The translations under genes and the position numbers were made by a program. This document shows positions 1 to 39,500 of a stretch of DNA of 64,000 bases, one piece after another (positions within the stretch are counted from its first letter, which is position 1; every line of letters begins with the position of its first letter). The stretch is from Lingula anatina. Its lineage: Eukaryota > Animalia > Brachiopoda. The notes under the pieces were generated by a model that ran no database searches, was not told where the DNA came from, and saw only the letters and a program-made list of their open reading frames with translations. Location of the stretch: positions 28,396,001 through 28,460,000 of the forward strand of contig CM120642.1 of the NCBI GenBank assembly GCA_051362555.1. The letters are read 5' to 3'.

Positions 1-283
1 GTAGAAAGGAGGTACAAGCAACGCTTTGGTTGCAGAATGAATGTACAATGATCGGCCAGTGTAAAGGGGGCTTTAGTGCTGAAGCGAGTAGGGTGGTGAT
101 TTAAGCTACAAATAATGGATTCTGCTCTTAAACCCTAATTATTTTTAAAACAATTGAAATTGTGCTGATACGGAGATAAGTATATCAAATAAAAGAAACA
201 GACAGAGAAAGCTATTTTGCCAAAGGTAGGTCTTTTTAATAATATACCCTCAATAGGTTTATTTGTGATAATACTTCTTCCAG

Positions 284-1751
284 GAAGTGGGGCAGCACTT
301 TGTTACACACCAAGCACTGTGGTTATTGGTCAATATTTCCACAAGAAACGTGCACTTGCCAACGGTATTGCCTCCGTGGGTTCTGGGATAGGTTCCTTGA
401 TATTACCACCGTTCCTCACTTATCTAGTATATCACTACGACTACAGAGGCCTGATGCTCATCATGGGTGCCATCATGCTGAACCAGGTGGTAAGTGGAGC
501 CCTCTATAGACCTCTCGGACCTATGACTCCCAAGGCAAACCACGAACGACAGATAATTCCTTCTGATGGTAATGACCATGCTGAAAGCGCCACTATTGCA
601 AGTACGTGTAAGTTCAAAGGAAATTATCAACCGGTTGACACAAAGAAAGAAGAAAAGTTGGAAATGGTCCCAACGAGTAAGAAAAGTGTCAAATCACAGG
701 CAGAGGATGGATCGTCTGAATTTCTCGAATTACCCGCCATGGTATTTGCAGGAAGTGTTGTGCTGGAAGGTGCTTCACAAACATTTAAAGACCCAGGCCA
801 GAGGAACACAATTTGGGACAGAAATGCAGTTCTAAATGAGCTATATGTATATGCAAATCTGCTGAAAGATATTAGTTTTCTGAGCTTTGCTGTACATTGG
901 ACATTCCTGGCTATTGGCGCTCTATCGGGTCTGATGTTCCTTGGTGCAATAGCCGAGGAGCACGGGGTACCGCGAAGTCAGTCGGCAATTCTTTATTCCA
1001 TACTGAGTATATTTGACATCGCAGCCAGGATAGCGGATTCTCTTATCTTTGACCGGGCGTGGCTCAGAACACAGCGATGTCATGTATACAACATTCTTTT
1101 GGTCATTTTGGGCGCGGTGCATTGCCTACTCCCAGAAGGAAGAACGTTTCTCCAGTTTGCGGCATGTGCATCTTTGATAGGCTTATTACAAGGAGCAGTT
1201 ATGGGGCTATTCGTTGTAATGCTCGCTGACGTATTAGGCCCAGCTATGCTGAAGCATACATTGGGACTAGGTCTCGTGTTTTTTAGTGCTGGTACCTTAA
1301 CGGGACCACCAGCTTCGGGTAAGTTGATAATGCAACATGCCAAATTAAGATATATGAAGATGGAACCCACATCATTCCCATTCAGATACAATGTAGTGAC
1401 ACAAAGATCATCTTACCGTGTTAATAATTAATAACCTTTATAACTGAACTTCAAATACATTAAGGTACAGCCAATGAAGAAATACAAAGGATATGAATAT
1501 TTACACTTCCGAACTTGTTCTTTCTTAATGCTCATACGTGTACATATATTATAATATAAGGCAATATTATTAATTTTAGAGGGGGATTGTACAATTTGAT
1601 ATAAGACCTTTCTTTTTCAGGAAATCTTAAGGACGCATACGGGACGTACCGTTACTCATTCTACTTCAGCGGCTGTTGCTGTTTTGCTAGTGCTGGCTTC
1701 TTTCTTTTGAACACTTTTCTCAACAAGAAGTCGTGCAAAGACCCGAGATAG
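284..1751 (+). CDS. Monocarboxylate transporter (SLC16/MCT family, MFS), last two coding exons 284-1318 and 1621-1751; 5' exons lie outside the window
   Basis: Carries the MCT motif 'IGQYFHKKRALANGIASVGSGIG', several hydrophobic TM segments and a large central loop. Acceptor cttccag|283, donor G|gtaagt at 1319 and acceptor tttcag|1620 continue in frame as 'GNLKDAYGTYRYSFYFSG...' to TAG at 1749-1751. Confidence 0.9.
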
Positions 1752-2276
1752 ATTTTTCTCATGATGAAGGAATTTACATGTGACATTTTTAAAGGGGGAA
1801 AGGGGTGGGGTCTGTTGTATTGGGGCCTACTAATCTGTCGATATGAGATTTTAAAACTTGAATTTTTTTAATAGCTAAGCAAGTAATCAAGTTGTTACAA
1901 ATTATTTTTAAAATAATAATAATAATAATAATAATAATGATAAATAAATAAATAAATAAATAAATAGATAAATAAATAAATAGATAACAAAAAGGACCCT
2001 GAAAAAAGACTGAAGTAGCTTACTAGTGTACGTCATACGTTAATTATGATGTAAGTCTATCTTTGTAGGGCCAATTTATTGGACTACACAGGTCTGCATG
2101 CAGTTAGTGTAATTCATTTTTTAAAGCCCGTGGAACGTTTTTCTTTTTACCACTTTCATCACCGCTCTCCGATCTCTGAACATTGTCTAGTAGGCATACA
2201 ATTTTTGCAGAAATGACTGTAGTGAAATTGGGAGTGAGCCACATCCTACCTGTACGTAAACATGGCATGCGTTAAT

Positions 2277-2900
2277 TTCTTCTTCTTCTTCTTCATATGC
2301 CATCACCAATGCGGTATTTGACGAACGTTGATATTTGCCAAAGGATTCTGTTTCTCGCCACTGACCAAAGGTGTTTTGTTGGAAATTCAAAATTGTCGAG
2401 GAAAGTATTTCGTTGTCTGCCTCGGGCACTTATGCCGGGTATTCCACCACCAAGGCCAAGATTCTCCAATCCCTCTTTTCTGATGGAATGGTCCGTGTAC
2501 TTTAGTTGTCTATCTCTAACTGTAATGAGGAATTTGTCTTTTTGGTCAACCCGTTAAGCCGGGTATTCCACCAATAAGGCCAAGATTCTCCAATTCCTCT
2601 TTTCTGATGGAACGGTCCGTGAACTTTAGTTGTCTATCTCTAACTGTAATGAGGAATTTGTCTTTTTGGTCAACCCGTTAAGGACCTCTCCATTGGTAAC
2701 CTGATCAATTTAGAAGATTAGGAGAATTTGCCGGTAGAACCACATTTCGGCTGCTTCCATGTTGCGTTGAGTTTCGGCTGTCAAAAGTCCATGATTCATG
2801 ATCACAGCCATACAAAAGAGTTGGCCAGACATAGGTGTTGAGAAGGCGGATCTTTATCTTAAAGGACAGTCCACGATCCTTGAAAATTGGGCTGAGAACG
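2277..2900 (-). mobile_element. 5'-truncated, decayed RTE-clade LINE (3' end of the RT ORF plus a (GAA)n tail)
   Basis: The minus strand reads 'KIKIRLLNTYVWPTLLYGC..ESWT', 'EAAEMWFYR' and 'RGRQR', which resemble RTE C-terminal motifs, with frameshifts. It ends in a (GAA)n tail, seen as (TTC)n at 2277-2294 on +. Confidence 0.75.
2434..2681. repeat. Direct tandem duplication, 2 x 124 bp (2434-2557 and 2558-2681), inside the LINE relic
   Basis: Both copies start gccgggtattccacca and end ggtcaacccgttaa, with few mismatches. Confidence 0.95.
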
Positions 2901-3202
2901 AATGAATGCATTTTTCGTGTGACCAATTATTCTTGGAAATTGTGTCTTGCAACGGGGGTTGGATGTCAACAGGATCCGAGATCGTTGAATGAGGACACCT
3001 GCTCAATGGGAGTGTTCCCGTGAAGAAATCTGCAAAGTGGTGCTTTGTGTGTTTTATTGTAGCAACCAAGCACTGCAATTAAATGCGTGAGATTAAAGTT
3101 ATTTTTACTACGATATAATACGGTTCTACCCCACTACCTTGGATGTGAGCGGATGAACTCCATTTCCCAACTAACGCAATTGGTGCTGCAATTTCCAAGA
3201 TA

Positions 3203-3247
<45 letters not shown>

Positions 3248-3630
3248 ATAACTATGTCTACATGTATCAGAATCGAAATTATTGACAGTTATTTCCTATA
3301 CAATAATTGTTCAAACGTATTTTCTTCGTATGATTTTATTCGTTCTCTGGCTTTTCTTGTGTCCAAGAGTAGTGCCTCACATTGAGTTCTCGAATATTGG
3401 ACCGTAAAAAACGCCGTGAGTAGATGTTTTTGCCTATGTTAACCACTTTGCTCATGCAAAACCAAGAGTGATAAAGCACAATATTTTTTAACGGAACTGC
3501 TAATGTTTTTAACTACAGCTCGGTTACAGCTAGTGTTACAATTTAACCTGAATTTTACATCTAACTTTACCCTTATTGATCTGTTTTTGATTTTACCTGC
3601 AATAAATCGGTTGTTTGTTATTTTTCCAGA

Positions 3631-6600
3631 ATGGAGGGAGAGTTGAAGTGTAATTTTAAGAAGTGTAGAAAAGGATTGAACGCAATTGCTTATGTCAGTA
3701 CTTATGCTAATGGAATTTTTTTAAAAATCAAGTTGATATGGAGTCGTAAATGCGTGATCAAATTATTTTAAAAGAAAAGAGAGAGGGGGAACATTTAAGA
3801 CGACAAAGAGACCTAAGAATTGAAAACTGTGGAGATGAATCTTAAAATGAATTAATATTCTAAAAAGAATTTTTTTTTATATTTCAGGTTACATCATGTT
3901 CACGTATCCTTTGAAATTTAATAAAATAAGATGAGTTAATAGGAAGATATGTAATTATTATGATTTATATTGCATAGAAGTACAGCACATATACAGGGTG
4001 TGGGTTAACTTTAGTTCACTGAATATTACATTGCATAATTGTGTATTCATAATTGAATATATTCTTCCTAAAGAAATTACAGATATATTTTGTGATGAAG
4101 ATGGAACAAGGGAATTTGCAAAAATTCTTCAGTGTCCAGCCTGTAAGTAATAATAGTAATTCCCTTAAGTATAATGTCAAATTGAGTGAACAATTATTGC
4201 AGTCTAGAATAATCATTTTACATTAAGCTCAGCCCCGTTGTATTTTCAGGTGAGACTTCCCTTCCCAACAAACATGATATTCTCAGGATTGATCTTCATC
4301 CCCCAGAGCAGTATAAAAGTGCAAGTATACCAATTGCATTGAAATTTATTCAACAATGTTTCTGTCTCTGCTCACCCCTAGAACTAGTAGAACAGAGGGT
4401 GACCTGGATTTCTTTGCTTTGTATCTACTGTTTCCCACTTTTTCCCTTTAAAGAAATTAAGTTTTTGCAATCTACACTTTGGTAAAAAAAGGTTTTAGTG
4501 AATAAGTTTGAGTCGGTGGGCTGAAGTGATAGCAAAGAAAAGTGCATAAAAGATGTACGAGATTGTGTTTGGTGAACAGGGGTATTGTGTCAGGTGAACA
4601 GAGGTATTGCGTCTTGTTGTGACAAATTCTTTATCCTCTTCAAAGTTCCATATGTTTTAGTGAATGGGCATCTTGTGTTTCCTTATTATTCATTCCATGC
4701 TCTTCTGAAAATAGTATAATGCACCATCAGAGTCACAGAAAACCTTTATCCTTTAAGATGGTTTTTGTGTTAATAGATGGTTTTAGCAGGTCAGAAGCCT
4801 GACACAGTGGTTGAAGTGATGTCCAGAGCTATCTCATTCTGGACTTACCAAGTAAGTGTAGACCTGAAATGGAATAACATTTATTCAGGAAGAAGTGAAT
4901 TCATGCATTAAATTCTTCTGATAAAAAAAAAAAACATTTTTGCATAGATCTTTTGAAACTGATAAAGTTTGTTGTTCAGTATCAATATGACTGATATTAT
5001 GATAGTCTTTGTGACTGGCCTCTCTTTTAAAACTAATTTGATATTTAATTAAAAAGGACATAAAGCATCACATCCAAGTGCAGGGGTAGATTGAAGAATG
5101 GTTTATGAGTATGAGCAAAGTTTTTTCCAGGGAATTTCCATTTTGGGATAAAAACCCAGGAAGGATACCCTTAAGAAAGCTAGTGAAGAAGTTATACATG
5201 TGAATTTGTTTTCAGACTGATATAGAGAGAAGTCACCTTGAAAGAATGGCTGCCCAGGCTAAAGAAAAGGCAGAGAAATTGGAAGGATGGTATGAGAAAA
5301 TTGTTGCCAGGCAACAGGCTGAAATTGAAGGTACCTGAAACAAAGTAAAACAAATAGTAGGCAAGGATTGATAGTAAATGGGGTTTTCTTTATAAGCATA
5401 GAAATGGTCTCTGACTTTTGATTGAGCAAAACCTTTGCATTTCGCAGAGTTTGTTTTAAAGTTGTGTTAAATGCATTTGGTTTAAGAGACATAACAGGCC
5501 CATAGCCAGCAGTTTCAAAAGGGGGGTTCTTTTTCCCAACAAGTGGACCTTTCACAGTGAAACTCTGGTGCACCTAGATCAAATTTTACCTGGAATGGAC
5601 CTTTTCCTGACAAAAAGGGCGGTTCTTTCAACCCCCCGAACCCCCCCCCCCCCCCCCCCCCCCTGGCTCGGGCCTGCATAACAAAGTGAGAATTTTGATA
5701 ATGTCATCTTTACTTTGTGTTTTTATTCGTTTTCAGCTTTGAAGGTGCAGCTAACCAGTAAGTGATGACGTTTAAACTGAATTTTGGGGTTTTTTTTTTT
5801 AGACTTTAGTTATGGTATATGTTTCTCTGTACAATCCATCATTTTATTATTATATTATTATTATTTTCTATATTGTTTAGTTGTACAATTATCTTACGAT
5901 TTCTGTTCTTTTCCTTTTAAAAACCAATGTTCATTCCTTTTAAAGCAGGATTTGAATGAAAATGAAGCAATATAACTGTATTTTTTCCTTTTCTGGCTCT
6001 TACCATCCTTGATACTAAACAGATACCCCTCCCTGATTAGTGCTTTAACTTGACATAAAATAGAAGTGTTGATTCTGCTTTTTGTGCTTTGCAGATGCCA
6101 AGAAAGAAATAGAAAGCTTAAAGAAGAAGTATCATGAGCTGGCAGAAGTTAATATGGAGAAGAGTAGACAAATCACAAAACTGCAGGTAATTTAATGAGG
6201 AATCCCTTAGGTAAAATTGTAGATTGAAATGCAATGCTGTAGTTGTTAAAACCCCATACTACCAGAGCTTGAATTTGTAAATAGTTTATAGTCAAGACAA
6301 TTAGCTGAATAAATTCAAACAAATTTCCATTGGTCACGGTAAAATTATGCAGCATTGTTGGAACAAGGATGGTCAGCAGATCCTTAGAGATCAAATTAAT
6401 GGATCGCCAAATTGAATATCAATCCTTGTTTTATTTCAGGGTCTCTTTGAATCCACTCGTCGCAAGAATGTCTACCTTGCTCAGAGTGATGCAGCAGAAG
6501 CATTGAAACCACCAGGCAGAGTGTCGGCTCCTCCATCCATAACACAGGAAGGTAAGAGGGGTCATGAATAAACTACTACTCTCTGGGTGTGATGTGTTTT

Positions 6601-7693
6601 ATAGTATACATGTAATGTGCAAACTGATATCAGAGCTGTAATATTTTGGAGAGTATAGCACAAGCATGGATTACCCTAACCTTCTAGCATTAATTATGCA
6701 GCCTGGGATTAACTTTTTACAGACATTACCAGGTTGGTTAAATTAAGTTAGCATACTTGGCTTTGTGGTAGCACTAATTTTGCTCTGAAATTGCTAATAC
6801 TGTATTATGGAAGTTTTAATCTTTTACTCTGTCTGATTTCAGATTTTATGTGTTTAGGTCTGGGAGATGCTGACCGCACTGTTGTACTGAGGACACCATT
6901 TGATCACAGTATGTTATTGACCTGACACACATATTAGCATATCAGTTTATTTCAAGTGATGTAGGCTGTTATAATACAGACTGTTTGTACACTGTGTTGG
7001 TTGTGACTGCTGTCTGATGTGTTAGGTGTGCCATGTGTGATGTGTTAGGTGTGACTGGTCTGATGTGTTGGTTGTGACTGCTGTCTGATGTGGTAGGTGT
7101 GACTGGTCTGATGTGTTGTTTGTGACTGCTGTCTGATGTGGTAGGTGTGACAGCGCAATGTAATGCTATTCTTTTTCTCCTCTGAAATTTTTTCATATTT
7201 GCATTTGGAAGAAACTGCCAATTCAATACATTCTTGATTTGTATAATTGTAACAATCATGCATTCTCAGTAATATAAATATGTGCAGATGAGGTACAATT
7301 AGTGTGCATTATACAGTGAAAAATTACTTAAATACGAGTAGTGAAAACCTGATGAGCACTACAAGCTTATTTCATCATGGTGGGTTGTTATGGTAACTCC
7401 GCCTACCGTGTAGGATATAGCCCTCAATCATGATATAGCTTTACAGGCTAACTTTGTCTTAGATTTAACCTGACTGTGCATTGAGAAACCCTCACTACAT
7501 AACCAAATGCGAACAGTTCTTTACTAGTAGTATAACAGTGAATTATTTTGTGGGGTTTTTAGGTGGTAAAAAGGTCACTCCAGTTATTCCTGGTGTAGTT
7601 GGTGGGATGAATGCAGTGCAGAGACACTTCACTATGGACCTGAGCACACCTCAGAAGCTAGCTCAGAACAAACACGGCCGGCCGCCATATTGA
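3631..7693 (+). CDS. CCNB1IP1: E3 ubiquitin ligase HEI10/CCNB1IP1 (meiotic crossover RING protein). Exons 3631-3693, 3888-3903, 4083-4142, 4250-4320, 4777-4851, 5216-5330, 5737-5757, 6095-6186, 6440-6551, 6843-6908, 7563-7693
   Basis: Spliced translation MEGELKCNFKKCRKGLNAIAY-VTSCSHIFCDEDGTREFAKILQCPACETSLPNKHDILRIDLHPPEQYKSMVLAGQKPDTVVEVMSRAISFWTYQ matches the HEI10 RING domain and 'MVLAG..P......RA..FW.YQ' signature. A coiled coil follows ('MEKSRQITKLQGLFES'). The last two exons are less certain. Confidence 0.9.
5495..5676. mobile_element. Short non-autonomous DNA transposon (MITE) with CAGG termini and 5-bp TSD, in a HEI10 intron
   Basis: Termini caggcccatagccag ... ctggctcgggcctg form an imperfect TIR. 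The element is flanked by CATAA at 5490-5494 and 5677-5681. Confidence 0.7.
6993..7152. repeat. Minisatellite, about 3 x 48 bp (gtaggtgtgactggtctgatgtgttggttgtgactgctgtctgatgtg)
   Basis: Visible tandem units, which also produce the 16-aa periodicity of the spurious ORFs 6969-7259 and 7045-7263. Confidence 0.9.
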
Positions 7694-8862
7694 TAGCATC
7701 AACAGTATCATATTAATGCAGAGATATTCTTGCAACTGAGGATGTTTTTGTAAAGCACTCAAACATGCTTCGACAGAGAATAATTCATGAATTTATGTAT
7801 CTTGAAAATGGCTTTTTTTTTCATTGCAAATGATAAATTGTAAGACCTATTTAAGAAATACTTGATATTACTCATGTCCAAAGCTTTTCTTTGTGAGGGT
7901 TATTTTGTAAGTTTACATATCTTTTAAAACTTTTGTGCTAATGTTGTGATTTTTATCTATGGCATTTTTGTTTTACTTAACTGCTTAAATTTTGATGGTT
8001 GCCATATTCTCATTGTTATTTGCGTTTTAATTACAAAACTTTACATATGTTGTCAAAATTAATTTTTTTATTGTATATAACAAATCACTTCTTTTGAACC
8101 TATTACTTGTCAGTGTTATTTGATTAGCCAGCACCGAGCTTGAATACTGCAAATATCTTGGATTATTTCAGTACCAGTATGTGTTATACTAGTATAATTC
8201 TAAACTTGAGGTATATTCGGGCACGATTTCCATTAACACACATGCACACACAAGATCAAGTCATTCACTTACAATGAAATCCATAAAGTTTAATGTCAAG
8301 GCCTAATAATAAAAGTCAACTGCTGAAATATGCAGTGTTGCTCAACATAGTTAAAATTCTCTGTACCGAAAAGGTGAAAAAAAGACAATTTTTTAATGAT
8401 TTGATTTTATTCATTTCATTTTATAAGTACTTGGTTATACTGATATTACAACAATAATAATTGCAAGCAACATGACCAAAAATGATGGCATTTTATACTA
8501 CTCTTCACAGTTCTTGAATCTCTACACCCAAATCCAACGTAAGATGTATTTCTATGCTTTCAATCACAATGTCCAGTTTATACTGTCTATACAGACATAA
8601 TTTTTATATTCTAAAATGATCTTAATAACTTACAGACTTCAGCATGCATGCATGTACATCAATTTCTCCAGCAGTTTGGCTACAACCAAACAAGATCCAC
8701 ATTTACACATAATGGCCACAAATCCTGCAATCTATAAAATATACGCTTAGCAAGGTGAATGACCAAGTGCAAAGTCTGACCAGTGACCAATGACCAGTGC
8801 ACATGGTTAATCACTGTATAATATTACAGCAAAGCATAACACAACTGATGATGACCAACAGA

Positions 8863-36142
<27,280 letters not shown>

Positions 36143-36502
36143 GTTTTGACTGGAAACTTATTCGATAGGCGTCGCTCTTAACGTCGTCTAACACTTTGGT
36201 TGAATTTTATTAAAACGTTAGGTGCTTTACGTGAATTTTAACCTCCAAATCTTTGATCGTCCGAAAGTTACACTGATTTAATTTGAATGAAACTATTTAT
36301 ATTGGCAGAACAAAATATATATTAGGTTTGTACTTTTTGTCACGTCTTGTGTGGGTCGAACACTTTCGAAAGCCCTCTATCGATGATTTTGGTTGCCTGT
36401 TAAAGAGAAAATGGCGTAGCGTAAACAATAATTGTTGGACAAAGGTCATCAAGTAAATTTGTCCAGGTTCTCAGGAAAAATGCATCGGAAGTAACTCCCA
36501 AT
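36143..36502. promoter_or_regulatory. Probable bidirectional promoter of ABHD16A and TTLL11
   Basis: The two start codons are divergent and only 360 bp apart. The stretch is relatively CpG-rich compared with the flanking introns and contains a YY1-like aaaatggcg near 36408-36416. Confidence 0.7.
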
Positions 36503-39500
36503 ATGAGTAGTCCAATAACAAAGAGACTCGATCCTTTGGAGGAGGTACCCAAGAAGACAAAGAAAAAAGATGCGAGTCAAAAAGAATCGAAAGAGCAGCG
36601 GCAGCTGCGACACAGGAAAGAAAACATGCAACGATACACGAGAAAAGCGGCTGTGAAAAAGAAAGTCTTTACGCCAAAACACGTCATCACAGTTGATACA
36701 TCAAAAGCCAAGTATAACCAGGACATTGTGCGCTTATGTGTAAAGGAACTTGGGTGGAAAGAGGTAAGCGTTTAAGTTTACAGACAAATGTTTACAGGAA
36801 ATCGCACTTGCTGACCTGAAAATAGGGTGGGAGCACCTGTTGTTATTGTGAAGTCTCACCTCTGCTCCATATTTACTGCAGACACGTATGGGACAGGTGA
36901 ATCTAGGCCACCTGCTGATTGTTCAGTGTTGTGACTGTTTTATCTGTGAAAAGTCACATTTAAATTGAATTGTCCCTGGCTAATTTTAAAACTTCATAAT
37001 ATTATGTTTAATTTTTTTTAGCCAATCTGCATTTCACCCCATCTACAGTGTATACCCCCCCCCCCCCCCCCCATATTGTCACTGAGGTAAACAGAGGGCC
37101 AGACCTATTTATGTCATTAGAATTTAATTACAATTTTATTAATTGCCAAATATTTTTTTAATTAGAACTGTAGTTTTGCAAAAGTGTACTATTTTGCTGA
37201 TACTGTTATTTTTTCTCCAGTATCCATATGGAAAAAAAGATGGCAGCTGTGATATCTACTGGCATTGTAATGGGTTCAATGACACTGATGTCATCTCTGG
37301 CAGAGTCAACAAGTTTCCAGGTAAGCTTGGTTGGAGAAAGGCTCATAAATTTCTTTTCTTATGATTTTAAAATTAGCTATATAAATTTCTTATCTTATGA
37401 TTTTAAAAGTAGCTATATGATAATTTTTTTCATTTTTGTAATGTCAGATTTAAAACATATCTGTTCCCTCACTGTGCATTATATTTCCCTAGGAATGGAT
37501 GAGCTGTCTAAGAAGATTGAACTGACCCGGGCAATGGAAACAATGCAATTCTTATTCCCAGATGACTACACTTTCTACCCCAGAACATGGCTACTCCCCC
37601 AACAGCTCACAGAGTTTGCCGCAGAAGTGAACTTGAAACGGAGAAGACACCCCAAACTGAAAACCACATACATTGTCAAACCAGATGGAGGCTCACAGGG
37701 GGATGGCATCTACTTGATTCGTGATCCCAATGATTATATGCTGACACATAAATCTCATGTTGTACAGGAATATATAGACAGACCATTCCTGCTGGAGAAG
37801 TACAAATTTGACTTGAGGATATATGTAATGCTGCTAAGTTTAGAACCTTTGGAGATTTACATCAGCAAGGAAGGGATGGCACGGTTCTGTACAGTGCCCT
37901 ATGAGGCACCTAAGGTTAAAAACTTACACGAAGCCTACATGCACCTGACTAATTATTCCTTAAACAAACACAGCACCACATATGTGCATACAGAAAACCA
38001 GCACGACGGGAGCAAGAGGACGTTGAGTAGCGTGTGGAGTAAACTGGACAGCATGGGCCATGACAGTGATCAGATATGGAAAGAGATTGAGCTGGTGGCT
38101 CTGAAGACCGTCTTTGCACTTGCCCCAGAGCTGAGAGTTGAGTACAAGGCGGAGATTCCTGAGGAGAAATCAGGACCTGGGTGCTTCCAGGTATACAACT
38201 CATTTGTGAATGACAAAGGCTTAATATGAGTTTTCACAGAAGAAGTTGGATAAGTATAATGTCCTTTTCAAGCATATTCAATATGTATTCAGTATGCATG
38301 ATCTTTATCATCATCTTCATCATCAAAAAATATTTCATTGTATTGTATTTATTTTAAATACTGTACATAATATTTAACTAATAAAAACCTATTTCCAGTT
38401 AAGATGGGTTAACCCAACCTAAAATCATTCAGTTTAGCCAGCTGTCTTGTTTTGGTTAGCCCACTATAGGAGGTCAGTGTAATGACTTGCTTGCGTAGTC
38501 ACGTCGGGGTGGGAGGAACAACAGAGGCTTAGATTTGTTCCCTATGTAGAACTTATCATAATTTGTTAATGACATCAGGCAGTTTTAGCAGTTTGACATT
38601 ATTGTGGCTGTGAATGGGACAACAGAGGAATCTGATAACAGATTTGTTCCCTATGACAGTCAGCCAACGTAAGTAACATGGACCCATTGTCAGTGTAAAC
38701 ACTCCTCATTATTCCAATTTTATTTGTTCTCCAGATCTTGGGGCTGGACATCCTGCTAACAGAGGACCTGCAGCCCATACTACTGGAGGTGAACTCTAGC
38801 CCCAGTCTTAGGACAGACTATGAAAAGGAGGTGGCCCCGGGGGTGGTGGAGTACATCCACAGTCCAGTGGACCTCGATATCAAGAAACCAGTCATTATGG
38901 AGACACTGCTTCTAGTGGCACCAAAGAAGAAACTTCAGATGAAACAGAGGTGAGAGATTTTTCCCTGCTCATGTTGTGTAAAGATATGATTTGTAGGTTT
39001 TGCCAACTCCTGATACAGTAACTGCTTTATAATATTAGCTGTGTAACGACTAAGTGTCACAGTGCCTGCACCCTGTATATAATTCCAAACTCCACTGCCT
39101 TTACGAAGTTAACATACTTTCACAATAAAAAAAGGTTCATAATATGCTATTTTCTGCATCATTCTTTCTTTACAGATTTAATTTATTTACTTCTTTCATA
39201 AGAGCTGATTTATAAATATAATACTCTTTCTTTCAGGAGATCAAACAGATCATCTAAGAAGAAGCAGGTAGATAGTCTGTGTGTTCCTGTACAAGATTCC
39301 ATCAGCCAGAGCCCCCCTGTCACTCCTCTCTCCTGCAGATATCTGCAGCGGGACTACACTGGGTACGTAAGACAGGCCTTTTACCATTAGTTTAGCTTAA
39401 GATCAAACAAAAATTTCCATACGTTTTAGGATTGAGAAAGTTTGGGGAGTAAGGAGAGTCACTGACATTCTTACAAACTTCAGCGTCAAAAATTCTAAAG

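Noticed and set aside
217-283. N- and C-terminal extensions of ORF-track proteins (217-283, 1319-1431, 37321-37492 and similar)
   Set aside because: These are intronic read-through beyond clear splice sites.
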